A stretch of 64,000 bases of DNA from Eledone cirrhosa (Eukaryota), in NCBI GenBank assembly GCA_964016885.1, contig OZ024743.1, positions 156,860,001 through 156,924,000 of the forward strand, read 5' to 3'. Under the pieces are notes generated by a model. The model worked only from the letters and a program-made list of their open reading frames with translations, did no database searches and was not told where the DNA came from. Position 1 is the first letter of the stretch, and each line of letters opens with the position of its first letter. Positions 13,331 through 24,812 of this stretch are shown one piece after another. The position numbers and the translations under genes are program-made.

Positions 13331-13987
13331 AATTACACCCTGTTGCACAATCATAATTGAATAACTACGGCCTTTACTTAAGTTACTATAGATATGACAA
13401 ATATAAAGTGAAAGATCTTTAGCTAGGAATCAAAATCATGCCTCTAACTTGTCTGCTTCTTCGTTATAGATTGTTGTACAATATGGGGAATACTAAAGGC
13501 AAACAACTAATGTTCGGTGTCAGTGTACAATCATTTGAATCAGTTTTGCATATAAAGTGAAAATATATTTTGATCCTCCGAAAGATAAAAGAAAAACAGT
13601 TAAATTCAAATATTTCAAATCGATTATATACGTATTATGGTTAACATATTACATCGTATATGAGTATGTAATCTATTTAATGCGAATAACTTGTACATGT
13701 CTCCGACTGGCAGAAACATGATCGTGTCTTGGGTCCCAAATATCTATTTATTTATATTTTTATATATTTTCCTTGGCTTGTTTTTGACTGTTCAACTTTA
13801 AATTAATTTATAATGCTCTTAACATTCCGTTTGATAATCTGTCGGAGAATCACATGTATCGCAGTACATTCTTGCATTTTGATACATGTGTGAGTGTGAA
13901 CGTATGTAGGTGTAGGGATGGGTCAGTATTTCTATAAAACATTGTTAAATGTTACTTCTATTTCCTTCGTTTCACATCTTTATTTAA

Positions 13988-14274
13988 CCATTCGATAAAT
14001 AATTGTTTCTACTTTAGGCAGAAGGCCAGCAATAACCCAGTGCATTACTGGTACTTTACCCATTCGATAAATAATTGTTTCGACTTTTGGCACAAGGCCA
14101 GCAATTATCCAGTGCATTACTGGTACTTTATTTTATCGACCCCGTGAGGATGAAAGGCAAAGTTAACCTCGACGTGATTTGAACTCAGAATGGCAAGAGC
14201 CGTAACTATGCTGCAAAGCATGGCATCCGACCCTCTACCGATACTGCTAATCCACCGCCCATTCGATAAATAAT
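13988..14274 (-). mobile_element. Full SINE (14076-14259) plus a short SINE 3' fragment (14004-14059) with a triplicated 16-bp target site
   Basis: CCATTCGATAAATAAT at 13988, 14060 and 14259. Confidence 0.9.
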
Positions 14275-14749
14275 GATCGATAAAATAAATAACAGTGGAT
14301 TTATTTTTGAACTCGATATGAGAGAGTAAAAATCATTAGTTCCGAAATGCCCATCGGTATTTTTGTACAGTCAAATAATTAAACCAATAATAGAATGAAA
14401 GAATTTAAAGAAATTTCATCCACAACTTCCACAACTTAGCCATTATAATCAAGAAGTCAGAAGTCCACGAACATTGGCAACGCCTCCATCATTAATTGCA
14501 CAGGAAGGAGAAAATGAAATAACGTTAATTTATAATGCTGTAGCGTTATATGTTTCGTTAAATGCAAAGAAACTTTTGTTTATTCAAGAAGACCTCATGG
14601 AATTATGAAAATATCAAGCTGGGAAAACGTAATTTCCATCTGTTTCTTCTTGTTTTGGAGTACTTGGTATGTAAAATACTATATAATTCCAGGCGTGGAT
14701 GTATAATGCACGTATATATACGTTTAATGTATATATAAGTATATATATA

Positions 14750-14810
<61 letters not shown>

Positions 14811-14889
14811 CAAAGGAATTGTGGTAAGGAACCAGATGGACCATAACGCACCAGAGTACTCAATACTTAGAGTAGTAGAGGTGGGAAAT

Positions 14890-15615
14890 AGGAAAAAATA
14901 TGACCCTGACGGCAGAGGTCAAGCCGTTTCGACGGCTATTTCTGAACTAAATTAGAATGTTTAGCTTGGTGAATAAATAGCCGAACTTGTCAAGGGGGTA
15001 CTTCTTTATATGGGAAGATTGTAGTTGTCAAGAGGATTGGTTAAAATGTGTTGTAAACACAAATAAGTCTATCATGGCATTTGGTGGGATGTAGGGGTGG
15101 CTGAACTTGCCTGTAGAACAATAGGGGAGTGAGTGGAGCGGTCAAGCGTTGAAAGTGCTATGTATACAGCAGATTCTAAGGATAGTTTATGAAGTGGAGG
15201 AGGGAGGTTATAGAATAGGTAAATCGAATGAGAGTAGGAGACAATAATTTTTATATGTTATTGTCTCCTACTCTCATTCGAATGACCTATTCTATAACCT
15301 CCCTCCTCCACTTCATAAACTATCCTTATAACCTGCTGTATACATATCACTTTCAACGCTTGTCCGCTCCACTCACTCCCCTATTGTTCTACAGGCAAGT
15401 TCAGCCACCCCTACCTCCCTCCAAATGCCATGATAGACTTAGTTGTGTTTACACTAAATTTTAACCAATCCTCTTGACAGCTACAATCTTCCCATATAAG
15501 GAAGTACCCCCTTGACAAGTTGGGCTATTTATTCACCAGGCTAAAAATTCTAATTTAGTCCGGAAATAGCCGTCGAAACGGCTTGAGCTCTGCCGTCGGA
15601 GTCATACTTTTTCCA
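14890..15615. mobile_element. ~360-bp-arm foldback of a PLE-type 3' terminus, one hammerhead per arm
   Basis: 14890-15248 is the reverse complement of 15258-15615 with a ~10-bp spacer; (TA)n nearby on both sides. Confidence 0.8.
15508..15601 (+). ncRNA. Hammerhead ribozyme with U3-A8 variant core (mirror copy 14904-14997, minus strand)
   Basis: CCCC-TTGACAA-G..GGCTATTT...AAATAGCC.TC-GAA-ACGGC(loop)GCCGT-C^GGAG; 8-9 bp stem II, 5 bp stem III, GUC triplet. Confidence 0.75.
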
Positions 15616-15874
15616 ATATATATATATATATCGCTTGTGTGTGTATTAGGTGTTTAACTACAATTACAAATTACAGGTGGGGCACCGTACGGAGCATTCG
15701 ATGTTGTTACACGGTCCGTCTCGTTTTGGGTTGTATTCCAGAGATAAGGTGAATGTAGTTTGCAGAGTATAAATAGAGTGAGTAGAGTCAAAGTCAGTGT
15801 TGAAGCATATGTACAGACTTTATTGGCATATTACAATTGTTTCGATATTGATCAACTGATAATAAACTCATAAT

Positions 15875-16055
15875 TGTTTCTACTTTTGGCACAAGGCCAG
15901 CAATTACCGCAGTATATTACTGGTACTTTATTTTATCGACCCCGTAAGGATGAAAGGCAAAGTAAACCTCGGCGGGATTTGAACTCAGATCATAAAGGGG
16001 CGTAAGTCTATGCTACAAAGCATGGCGTCCGACGCTTTATCGATACTGCCAATCT
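15875..16055 (-). mobile_element. tRNA-derived SINE with 9-bp target site duplication
   Basis: ACTCATAAT at 15866 and 16056; B-box on minus strand (GGGATTTGAACTC on plus). Confidence 0.9.
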
Positions 16056-16412
16056 ACTCATAATGATCGGTCAACTGTCTCAGGCCTTTCACGTAAGAAT
16101 TGACCATACATACTTCCCCATTTATTCAAAGTGTCATTCTGTCTGTCTTGTTTAATTTATTCCTTTTCCTTTGATTCAACACTGTTTAATCCTGCCATCA
16201 ACCCCCCCCCCCCTTGAATCATTTACATACCATGCCAAATTACCTTCCTACGACTTCACACACATTATACAGGTGATTAGACCTCTTCCCCCTCTCTCTC
16301 GTGATAGATACAACTTGTCCACGGCACTGTTGGTGTCATTTTCCTGGTATTTATATAAGATCCTTAAGATCATTACGTCTTCACTCTATCACACCAGTGC
16401 TATATCGCATTA

Positions 16413-16725
16413 TGGGTGAGAGAGACGAGCATGGCTTGAGTGAATGAACCTGCTCTGAGTATGCGCCAGTAGATTGGAGGTGGAAAACTGGAAGGTGGAA
16501 AACTGGTGGTCAAGGTGACTGTGGCTTTTGTAGGCTTTCTCCACGCGTAACACACGGTAGTCTCCCTCCTATTGGGGATTTTTAATTTGTTTCCAAAGTT
16601 ACATATTTTGGATTTGTTTCTTTTTTCTACACGCAAAAATAAATATTTGTACTGTCCTGTACATTCCTGTGCTGTACTTAATGTATTTTGTGTAAATTAT
16701 TTGTGGTTAATAAAGAGATCATTAT
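16413..16725 (+). mobile_element. 3'-terminal fragment of L1/Tx1-clade LINE (copy 0)
   Basis: Aligns with 24455-24760 and 28720-29050; AATAAA at 16709. Confidence 0.85.
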
Positions 16726-16727
16726 TA

Positions 16728-16911
16728 CGATGGATTGGCAGTATTGGTAGAGGGACGGACGCCATGCTTTGATGTATAGAGTTACGGCCCTTGCCATTCT
16801 GAGTTCAAATCCCGCCAAGGTTAACTTTGCCTTTCATCCTTACGGGGTCGATAAAATAAAGTACCAGTAATGCACTGGGTATTTGCTGGCCTTGTGCCTA
16901 ACGTAGAATCA

Positions 16912-16959
<48 letters not shown>
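16728..16959 (+). mobile_element. tRNA-derived SINE with long (ATT)n tail
   Basis: A box TGGCAGTATTGG, B box GAGTTCAAATCCC, (ATT)n at 16912-16959. Confidence 0.9.
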
Positions 16960-17167
16960 GGTCTAAGCGGACGTATTTGGCTCGCTCACAGTAAGTCGCT
17001 TTATTTGCCTGTTAAAATTATTTGTTGTTAAATATTTCTTGTTGTGTAAGGGATATAAGACCTTAGACTTTGCCCCGTGAAGGGGAAAGTATAATATTTG
17101 GGCCTTTTGGACCAAATATTTGAACTTTTTTTTTACATGTTAAAAAATTTACGAAGAAAAAAAAAAC

Positions 17168-19272
17168 ATGGCTGAGCCACGCCCCCCAGCGATATGTCGG
17201 CTGTCGTGCGACAACGACGTAGAAGTTGAGAGGAGCGCTACAGCGAAATTAACACACATTGATAACACAAACACCACCACAAACAAGGTAAACAAAGACA
17301 CCAATGATACCATAAGAACACTAATTTTGAAAAAAATGACAGTAACAGCGACAACGAAAATACAGATAACAAAAAAAAAATAACAAATACAACAACCATA
17401 TCAACACCACTAACATGAAAATAAATAGCGACAACACCAACAGCAACAATACCAACTGCACAGAGAACAACGGTGGCAACAAAGACAACAATGATAACAG
17501 CGACAGTGCTAACAACAACACCAACAAGAACAACGACAACAAAACCCACAACGAAAACAAGAACACTTTCGCTGCGGCAGCAGCAAAAAAGAGACCATGC
17601 TTCAACATGGACCTCTCAAACAAATATGAAAAGTTGGCCCAGGCATGGAAGCTCATCAAGCAAGAGCAAACTTGCGCCAACTTAACTGTCCCGGTAGAAG
17701 CTATTGAGGTAGTGGAGCGCAGAACGGTGCATTATAGATGCGTCTCAGCACAAACCAAAAGGGCAGCTTTAATCCCACAAGAAGATGTCGAAGTCGCGCT
17801 GAGGTGCATCAGAGAAGACACCCTGTACATAGAGAGGGGCAGACAGTACGGCACCATTTCGGTGTTGTTCAAGTCAGAAGCTCTCGCTATGAAACACACT
17901 ATGACTCCTTGCAAAACCAGCAAGGTCATAATGTACCCCTCCCACATGGGAAAAAGAACGGCCCGTCTCCGCATTCCCAGAATCCCACCAGGACTTGACA
18001 TGCGGTGGCTTCTGGGATGTGTGATTGTGGAGAGGACGGATACAGTCCCTATATAAGTGACCAGAACGGCCAGAGAGGACTGGTCCGGTGTTGACCTGGA
18101 GATCCTTCTCCAGATCAGGCCCGAGAATGTGAAGACAATCCCGGACCACATCCGCCTTCAGAATGGGACGGTCATTCACATTATGACCTAAGGCAAAAGG
18201 CTGCAGTGTTTTGTTTGTGGGGTAAAAAACCCATTTGCGAGCATTCTGTCCTGAACTGCTGAAAGAGGCAAGGGGTTGAAAGGATCCACTGCTGCCGACG
18301 CCGAGGCGAGGACCACAACCAACACCAGCACCGGCAAAACCACCAACAACAACACCAATAGAAAGACTACCACCAACATTGACCACCCAGAGGGGAAACG
18401 AGGAAAGCTGTCAAATTCCCCCTCCCCCAAAAAATACACACACCAATAAAACCATAAACATACATACAGACACACTTACAGACACAGACCCCTCATCTAC
18501 CAGTAGTGAAAATGAGGGAAATCCAAAATCCCCCAAAATACAAAAAAAGAAACACAAAAAGAAAAACAAAACTCAACAAAACACAAAAGCACCCACAATA
18601 AAATACGCAGACACCACCCACGCAAACATCTCTCCAATAACACCAACATCAACACCACCATCACCATCACCAGAATCACCCAAACGCAAACTACCGAAAC
18701 AGACGCAAGAACAAATATACACACAAACATCTGAAACCACAGACACCGCACTCACAACAAACACAGATACAACCGAAACAACACCACCAAAACCATCACC
18801 ACCACAGCCACGCAAACAAATAAAATCACACCAACAAAACATACAAAACTTCGTGCTCGTCAGGAGGGCCAACAAGGAACTGATGGCCCTCGTAGCACGA
18901 AGTGAAAATATACAAAAAGAGGGGGAAATGTTTAAATCAAGCACATTTCGCGTGCCGGAAGATTTGGTTCTGGTGCGAATGTCGCTCGACATATTCAAAG
19001 AAATACGAGACAGCTTTCCTCGGGACGTGGGAATCCCGAACGTAAAACCTACTTCAAGACTTTTAAAGGGGTTCCCAAAAGAAACCACACTCACTATGGA
19101 GGTCGAACAACCCGACCTTCACAAGAGCCCGGAAGGTAAGTATACCTTCCTCTCTCTCTGTTTAACCTGCCAACATGGTTGTATTAAGAGTAGGATGTTT
19201 AAATGTTCGAGGCCTTGGATCGTCCTGGAAGCAGGGTCACCTGCGCAACAACCTCAGATCTATAGAAATTGA
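17168..19272 (+). pseudogene. LINE ORF1 (gag-like nucleic-acid-binding protein), frameshifted
   Basis: ORFs 17168-17383, 17415-18056, 18379-19272 upstream of the APE domain; homologous to ORF1s at 25.0, 30.7 and 34.9 kb. Confidence 0.75.
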
Positions 19273-21307
19273 TGTAATTGCAGTCAGCGAGACCAGGATT
19301 TCCGACACGCGCGCACTAGCCCCCATTTTCGACGACTATCAGATCTTTGCATCTGTTAGCCGGCCGGGAATGGGAGTCGGGGTGGAAGTGCTGTTTAGGA
19401 AAGGCCTGGATCTCGAGGTAAGGTCGATCTTCCGGGACCCGGACGGGAAGTTGGTGGTCCTGGACGTGAACAATAATGAAGGTGGTGCCTTTAGACTGGT
19501 GGCCGTCTATGCTCCTACTGGGGCAGGACGGCCGTACTACTTTAGACGCCTGGAAGCCTTTCTGGGTACGACTCGCCCTTTACTGTTAGTGGGGGACTAG
19601 AATGGCATCTTAGACGCACGCTGGGACTGTGTGGGAGTATCCGATAGGAGCGGGGGGAGCAAAAGCCTCAAGAACCTGATCAGCCAGTTCCAACTGTCTG
19701 ACAGGTACCGACTAGATTTCCCTAATGCGCCACTGTGGACCTGGGCTAACCGCATAGGGTCATCTAGATCGTATATAAACAGGAAATTCATTAGGAAAAT
19801 AGACAGAAATAGTGTAAGCTGTCCACGTTTTGAAATGGTCGCCTATTCAGATCACAAGTTTGTGATCTGTATGGTCGACCTAGATAAGACGCGTAGGTTA
19901 GGACCTGGTTACTGGAAGCTAAAATTGTCATTTCCGGCACGTAAGGCTTACAGGGACCAGGTCAACAATTTAGTTAAGAAGAAGTTGACAGGGGGAGTCG
20001 TCAACAATAGATGGTGGGGGGCTCTCAAAAGAGAGATTAGAGTAATGTCGATAGAGTTTAGCAACGAAGTAGCATTAGAGAAATATAGTTGGTAGATAAG
20101 TCAGACGAGGCTATTGGTAGTGGCATTGCAGCTGATGTGCTAGCGGCGAGAATGGCATTAGACCATTTCTTCAATGCGAAGCACGAAGGTTGCATTGTCA
20201 GAGCTAAGGCGCGTGCTCTGAGAAACGAGGGAACCAAAGCTGTTCGATGGGCCCGCGTGCCAGACGCGCAGCGTGGTAATAAAACCACGATTCGGTCTTT
20301 GACGGACCGAGACGGGCACGAGCTGAGCGATTCCAAGAGGATGTGAAAGGCCTTTCGCCAACATTTTGCTCGGTTGTTCGGGGGAAGTGGCGGGTCAGAG
20401 ATGGTGGCGGACTTCAGTTCCTACCTCGATGGCTTGCCGCAACTCTCGACGGCTGACGCTGGGCGCTGCGAAAGGCCAATTACTTCAGCCGAGATTCAGG
20501 ATGCCATTGTAGGCTGCATGAGGCACAAGTCACGCGGTTTGGATGGTCTGCACTACGAGCTTTCAGTAAATATGCCAGACTTGTTCTCCAATCTCCTCGA
20601 AGCGTTCTACTGCAACTGGCAGCAAAACGGTAGTATTCCCAGTTCTGTGAGCCGGGGCGTAGTGACGCTGATAAGGAAAGACGAGAACAAGAGGGACACA
20701 TTAGACAATTTCAGGCCCATAACTCTGCTCAACACAGAGTTTAAGATTTTGGCCAGGGTGCTAGCGAAGAGGTTGGCGCTTGTCGTCGGCGATTTGGTTG
20801 GGGAGGCGCAAACTTGCGCAATCCCAACAAGGTCCATACACGACAACCTCCACCTAATAGGATACATCATAGAGAGGGTAGGGTGTAAACCTGGCTTCGG
20901 TGGGGCTCTGATCAATTTAGATCAATCGAAAGCATTCGATAGGGTTAACCATCGGTACCTGGAGGCTGTCCTCAAGGCGGCTGGTTTCGGCCCCGTCTTC
21001 AGAAGCTGGATCGCTGCAATGCACAACGGCACCTGCTCGATGGTCAAAATTAATGGCCACCTCTCGGAACCGTTTCAGGTCTCCCGATCGGTCCGTCAAG
21101 AGTGCCCTCTCTCCTCCCTTCTGTACGTATTGACTCTCGAGCCTTTACTGCGGAAGCTGGAGCTGTTGCAGGGCATCCCGCTCGATCCGGGACGCGGAAA
21201 GGCTGTGTCAGCTTATGCAGTCGACATCACCGTGATGGTGTCGGACACCTCAGAAATCGAGGTGGTCGGCAACTTATTGGAGGAATATGAAAGGTTGACG
21301 GGAACAA
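19175..21307 (+). pseudogene. LINE ORF2: AP endonuclease and reverse transcriptase, with stops and frameshifts
   Basis: ORFs 19175-19600, 19631-20095, 20089-20346, 20374-21549 carry APE and RT motifs. Confidence 0.92.
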
Positions 21308-24300
21308 AACTTAGAATAGGCAGCATAAATGCGCGTGGCTTGGGGTCGTCATGGAAGCAGGGCCACATGCTCAACGACCTCAGGTCACTAAACATAGATG
21401 TAGTGGCCATCAGCGAGACCAGAATATCCGAAGCACGGGCCTTCGCAGCGATCTTCGGCGGCTACGATGTGTACGCATCTCCCAGCTGTGCTTTTTCGGA
21501 GAGGTTTGGGTCTCGCCATACGGGCCATCTTCCGGGAGCCAGAAGGTAAGTTGGTGGTGCTAGACGTGACCAGCGGAGACAGGCAAGCTTTCAGGCTAGT
21601 GGCCGTCTATGCCCCGAGAGGAGCAGGGCGGCCTGATTTCTTCCGGCGTCTGGTGACCTTTCTTGGAATGTCCCACTCTTTAGTGTTAGTGGGCGACTGG
21701 AACGGGATCTTAGATGCACGCTGGGACTGTGTGGGATCAGCGGATAGGGAAGGAGGGTGCGAAAGCCTCACCAACCTGCTCAGGCGTTTTGAACTGTCTG
21801 ACAGGTACCGATTGGATTTCCCGAATGTACCAATGTGGACTTGGACAAATCGCATAGGGTCATCCAGATCATATCTAGATAGAGTATTTTGTAGGGAAAT
21901 AGATAGGTCTAGCATAGGCTGTCCACAATACAAGATAGTCAGCTACACGGACCACAAATTCGTGATCTGTGTGCTTGACTTAGATAGGTTTCATAGACGA
22001 GGACCCGGCTTCTGGAAGCTAAACGCGTCCTTACCAGCGCTCAAGGCATACAGAGACCGGATTAGCGAACTAGTTAAGCGGGCGTTGACGGGGGCCATCG
22101 TCAACAACAAGTGGTGGTTTGCTCTGTAAAGAGCAATCTGAAAAGAGCAATTATAATAGGGTGCGTGCTCTCAGACACGAGGGGACGAAAGCCATTCAAT
22201 GGGCCTGAGTGGCGGAGGCGCGTCGTGGGCAAAGCCACGATCCGGTCTTTGGTGGACCACGACGGGCGCATGCTACTCGATCCCCAGCAAATGTGTGAAG
22301 CTTTTCAGCGACATTTCGCACAGCTGTTCGGGGGCAGCGGCGGGCCGGATCGAGGGATGGACTTTACTGTCTACCTCGACGGACTGCCGCGGCTCTCGGC
22401 CACTGAGGCGGAGTTTTGCGAAAAGCCGACAACAGCCGCTGAAGTACGGGAGGCAATGACTTGTTGCACAAGGCGTAAATCGCCTGGTGTGGATGATCTG
22501 CCCTATGAACTTTACGTACAGATGCCAGACTTGTTCGGAGGCCTCTTGGCGGACGTCTACTGCAACTGGCAACACAACGGGAGAATTCTCAGCTCTGCGA
22601 GCCGAGGAGCTGTGGTGCTGCTGAGAAAGGATCCGAACAAGGGGGATAACATAGATAATTTCAGGCCCATAACTCTGCTAAACACAGAGTTCAAGATGTT
22701 GGCCAAGGTGCTAGCAAAGAGGTTGGCGCTTGTCGTTGGTGGTCTGGTGAGAGAGGCGCAGACGTGCGCCATTCCCGACAGATCCATCCTCGACAACCTC
22801 CACCTCATGTGATACATCGTAGAGAGGGTAGCTAGGGAACCTGGCACGGGTGGGTCCTTGATCAATTTAGATCAGTCGAAAGCTTTCGATAGCGTCGACC
22901 ATCGTTACCTAGCGGAAGTCCTGAGGGCGGCTGGCTTTGGGCCCGTCTTCAGAGACTGGATCGCTGCCATGCACAGCGACATCTGCTCTGTGGTGAGAGT
23001 GACGGTCACCTTTCGGAACCGTTCAACATCATGCGCTCGGTCCGCTAAGGATGTCCCCTCTCGTCCCTCTTGTACATATTGACTCTCGAGCCATTACTGC
23101 ACAAACTGGAGACGTTGAGGGGGCTCCCGCGCGAACTAGGATGCGGAAGATCCGTGTCAGCATATGCGGACGATGTCACCTTAGTGGTGTCGAACACCAA
23201 ACACATCGAGGCGATCGGCACCACACTAAGATAATACGAAGCGATGACGGGAGCAATATTCAACCAGGAAAAGTCGGCGGGCCTGCAGCTCGGCACCTGG
23301 AGAGGCAAGTCCATGCCGTCCAACAGCGTCGTCGGGCGCTGGACGGACGGACTGGTTAAATTGCTAGGGGTCTGGTTCGGTCTGGACCTCCAGGCGGACA
23401 AAAACTGGGACGAGGTGACGAGCATGTTAGCTTCTCTTACCCAGAAAAGGGCAGAGGGGAAGCTATCCCCGAAAGGTCGAGCGGAGATGGTGAATGCGTA
23501 CATCGCGTCCGTCATCTACTACCGCCTGACCGTCTTACCTTGTCCTAAGCCTCGCCTGACTTCACTGGAGCGTTTGCTCTTTCGCTTTTTGTAGAAGGGA
23601 CGCGCTCCAATGGTCAGGCGCTCCATCTGTTGTCAACGCCCGCTAGGTGGAGGGCTGGGCATGCCATTGCTGATGATGCGCAGACAGGCGCTCAGGTACG
23701 ACATCTCCACCTCTTCTTCGACAGTGATCAGGTGCTAGATATGTCTTTCCCCAGCTCATCTCCTTGACGGAGCTGCAGTCCTGGGTCAAGCGAAGACCGA
23801 GATGTAGCGCTTGGAGACTGGAATGTCTTCAGGCGCTCACAACCCTCGACCAGTCGGGCAATATGATCGGTGGAAACTCCACCTTCGAGTTCTATAGAGG
23901 ATTAGTGGAAGGGATGAGCGGCGACGAACTTGGGGAAAGTCTAGGCGCCGACGAAAATCAACTAACCAATCTCTTCGGAAGAACTATCTGGCCGGGGCAT
24001 ATGTACAACTTCCAGAAATCCCTGGCCTGGCAGTGCTATCGAGGAGTTTGCTAGTTCGGGATAAACTCTACAGGCATGGAGTGCCGTCAGTCGGGCATGT
24101 CCGAGATGCGTGCAGGGCGACGACACCATCCTGGACGCACTCGTCCAGTGTCCGAGCATTGCTGAGTTGTGGGTTTATGTCGAACATCTGCTGTCGCGTA
24201 TAGGACGGATCCCGCTATCAGCTGAGTCCATCGTGAGGATGCCCCGCCCTCTACCTTTAGCCGGGAAGGGCAGGCAGGTTTTATCTGTTTGGTGACCATG

Positions 24301-24760
24301 GCGAAAGAGATAGTATGGTGGACGCGTTTGAAAGGGCTGAAGACGAGCACTTACCTCTTCGGTGATGCCCTGATTAACTTTTTCAAATTTCATTTGAAAA
24401 GGAAAATCAGGGTTGAGAGGGAAATGCTCTCTTCCCAGCATTTTGTTGAAAGATGGGTGACAGAACCAAGAATGGCCCGAGTGAATGGGCCTACTCTGAG
24501 TATGTGCCTGTAAATTAAACGTGCAAAACTGGGGGAAGGCTCTTGCCCTGGTTGTCAGGTTCACCGTGGTTTTTTTAATGAGCTTGCTCTACGAATGTCC
24601 CTCGGATGTCTCCCCCTATTGGGCAATTTTTCATTGTTTCTTTATTTGTTACATCCTCTGACTTTGTTTTTTTTACACGCAGAAATGCCCATTTGTACCG
24701 TCCTCTATTGTCTTTAATGTGTTACTTTGTGTAAACCCTTGTGGTTAATAAAGAAAGCGT
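21308..24760 (+). mobile_element. L1/Tx1-clade LINE copy 1b: ORF2 (APE, RT, C-terminal Cys region) and 3' UTR, no ORF1
   Basis: Starts KLRIGSINARGLG; GDWNG, TDHK, NFRPITLLN, YADD at ~23163, CPRC at ~24098; ORF ends 24513; AATAAA 24747, then (ATT)n. Confidence 0.92.
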
Positions 24761-24775
24761 TATTATGATTATTAG

Positions 24776-24811
<36 letters not shown>

Positions 24812-24812
24812 G

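Larger units (their letters stand above)
16960..21307 (+). mobile_element. L1/Tx1-clade LINE copy 1a (5' UTR, ORF1, ORF2 APE-RT), 3'-truncated and decayed
   Basis: ORF1 pieces 17168-19272 with Asn/Thr-rich N-terminus and CFVCG knuckle remnant; ORF2 GCLNVRGL, SETR, VYAP, GD.N, SDHK, NFRPITLLN, DQSKAFDRV, RQECPLS, YAVD. Confidence 0.92.

Noticed and set aside
17238-19094. Hydrophobic minus-strand ORFs over the LINE ORF1 regions
   Set aside because: Antisense shadows of A/C-rich low-complexity ORF1 sequence
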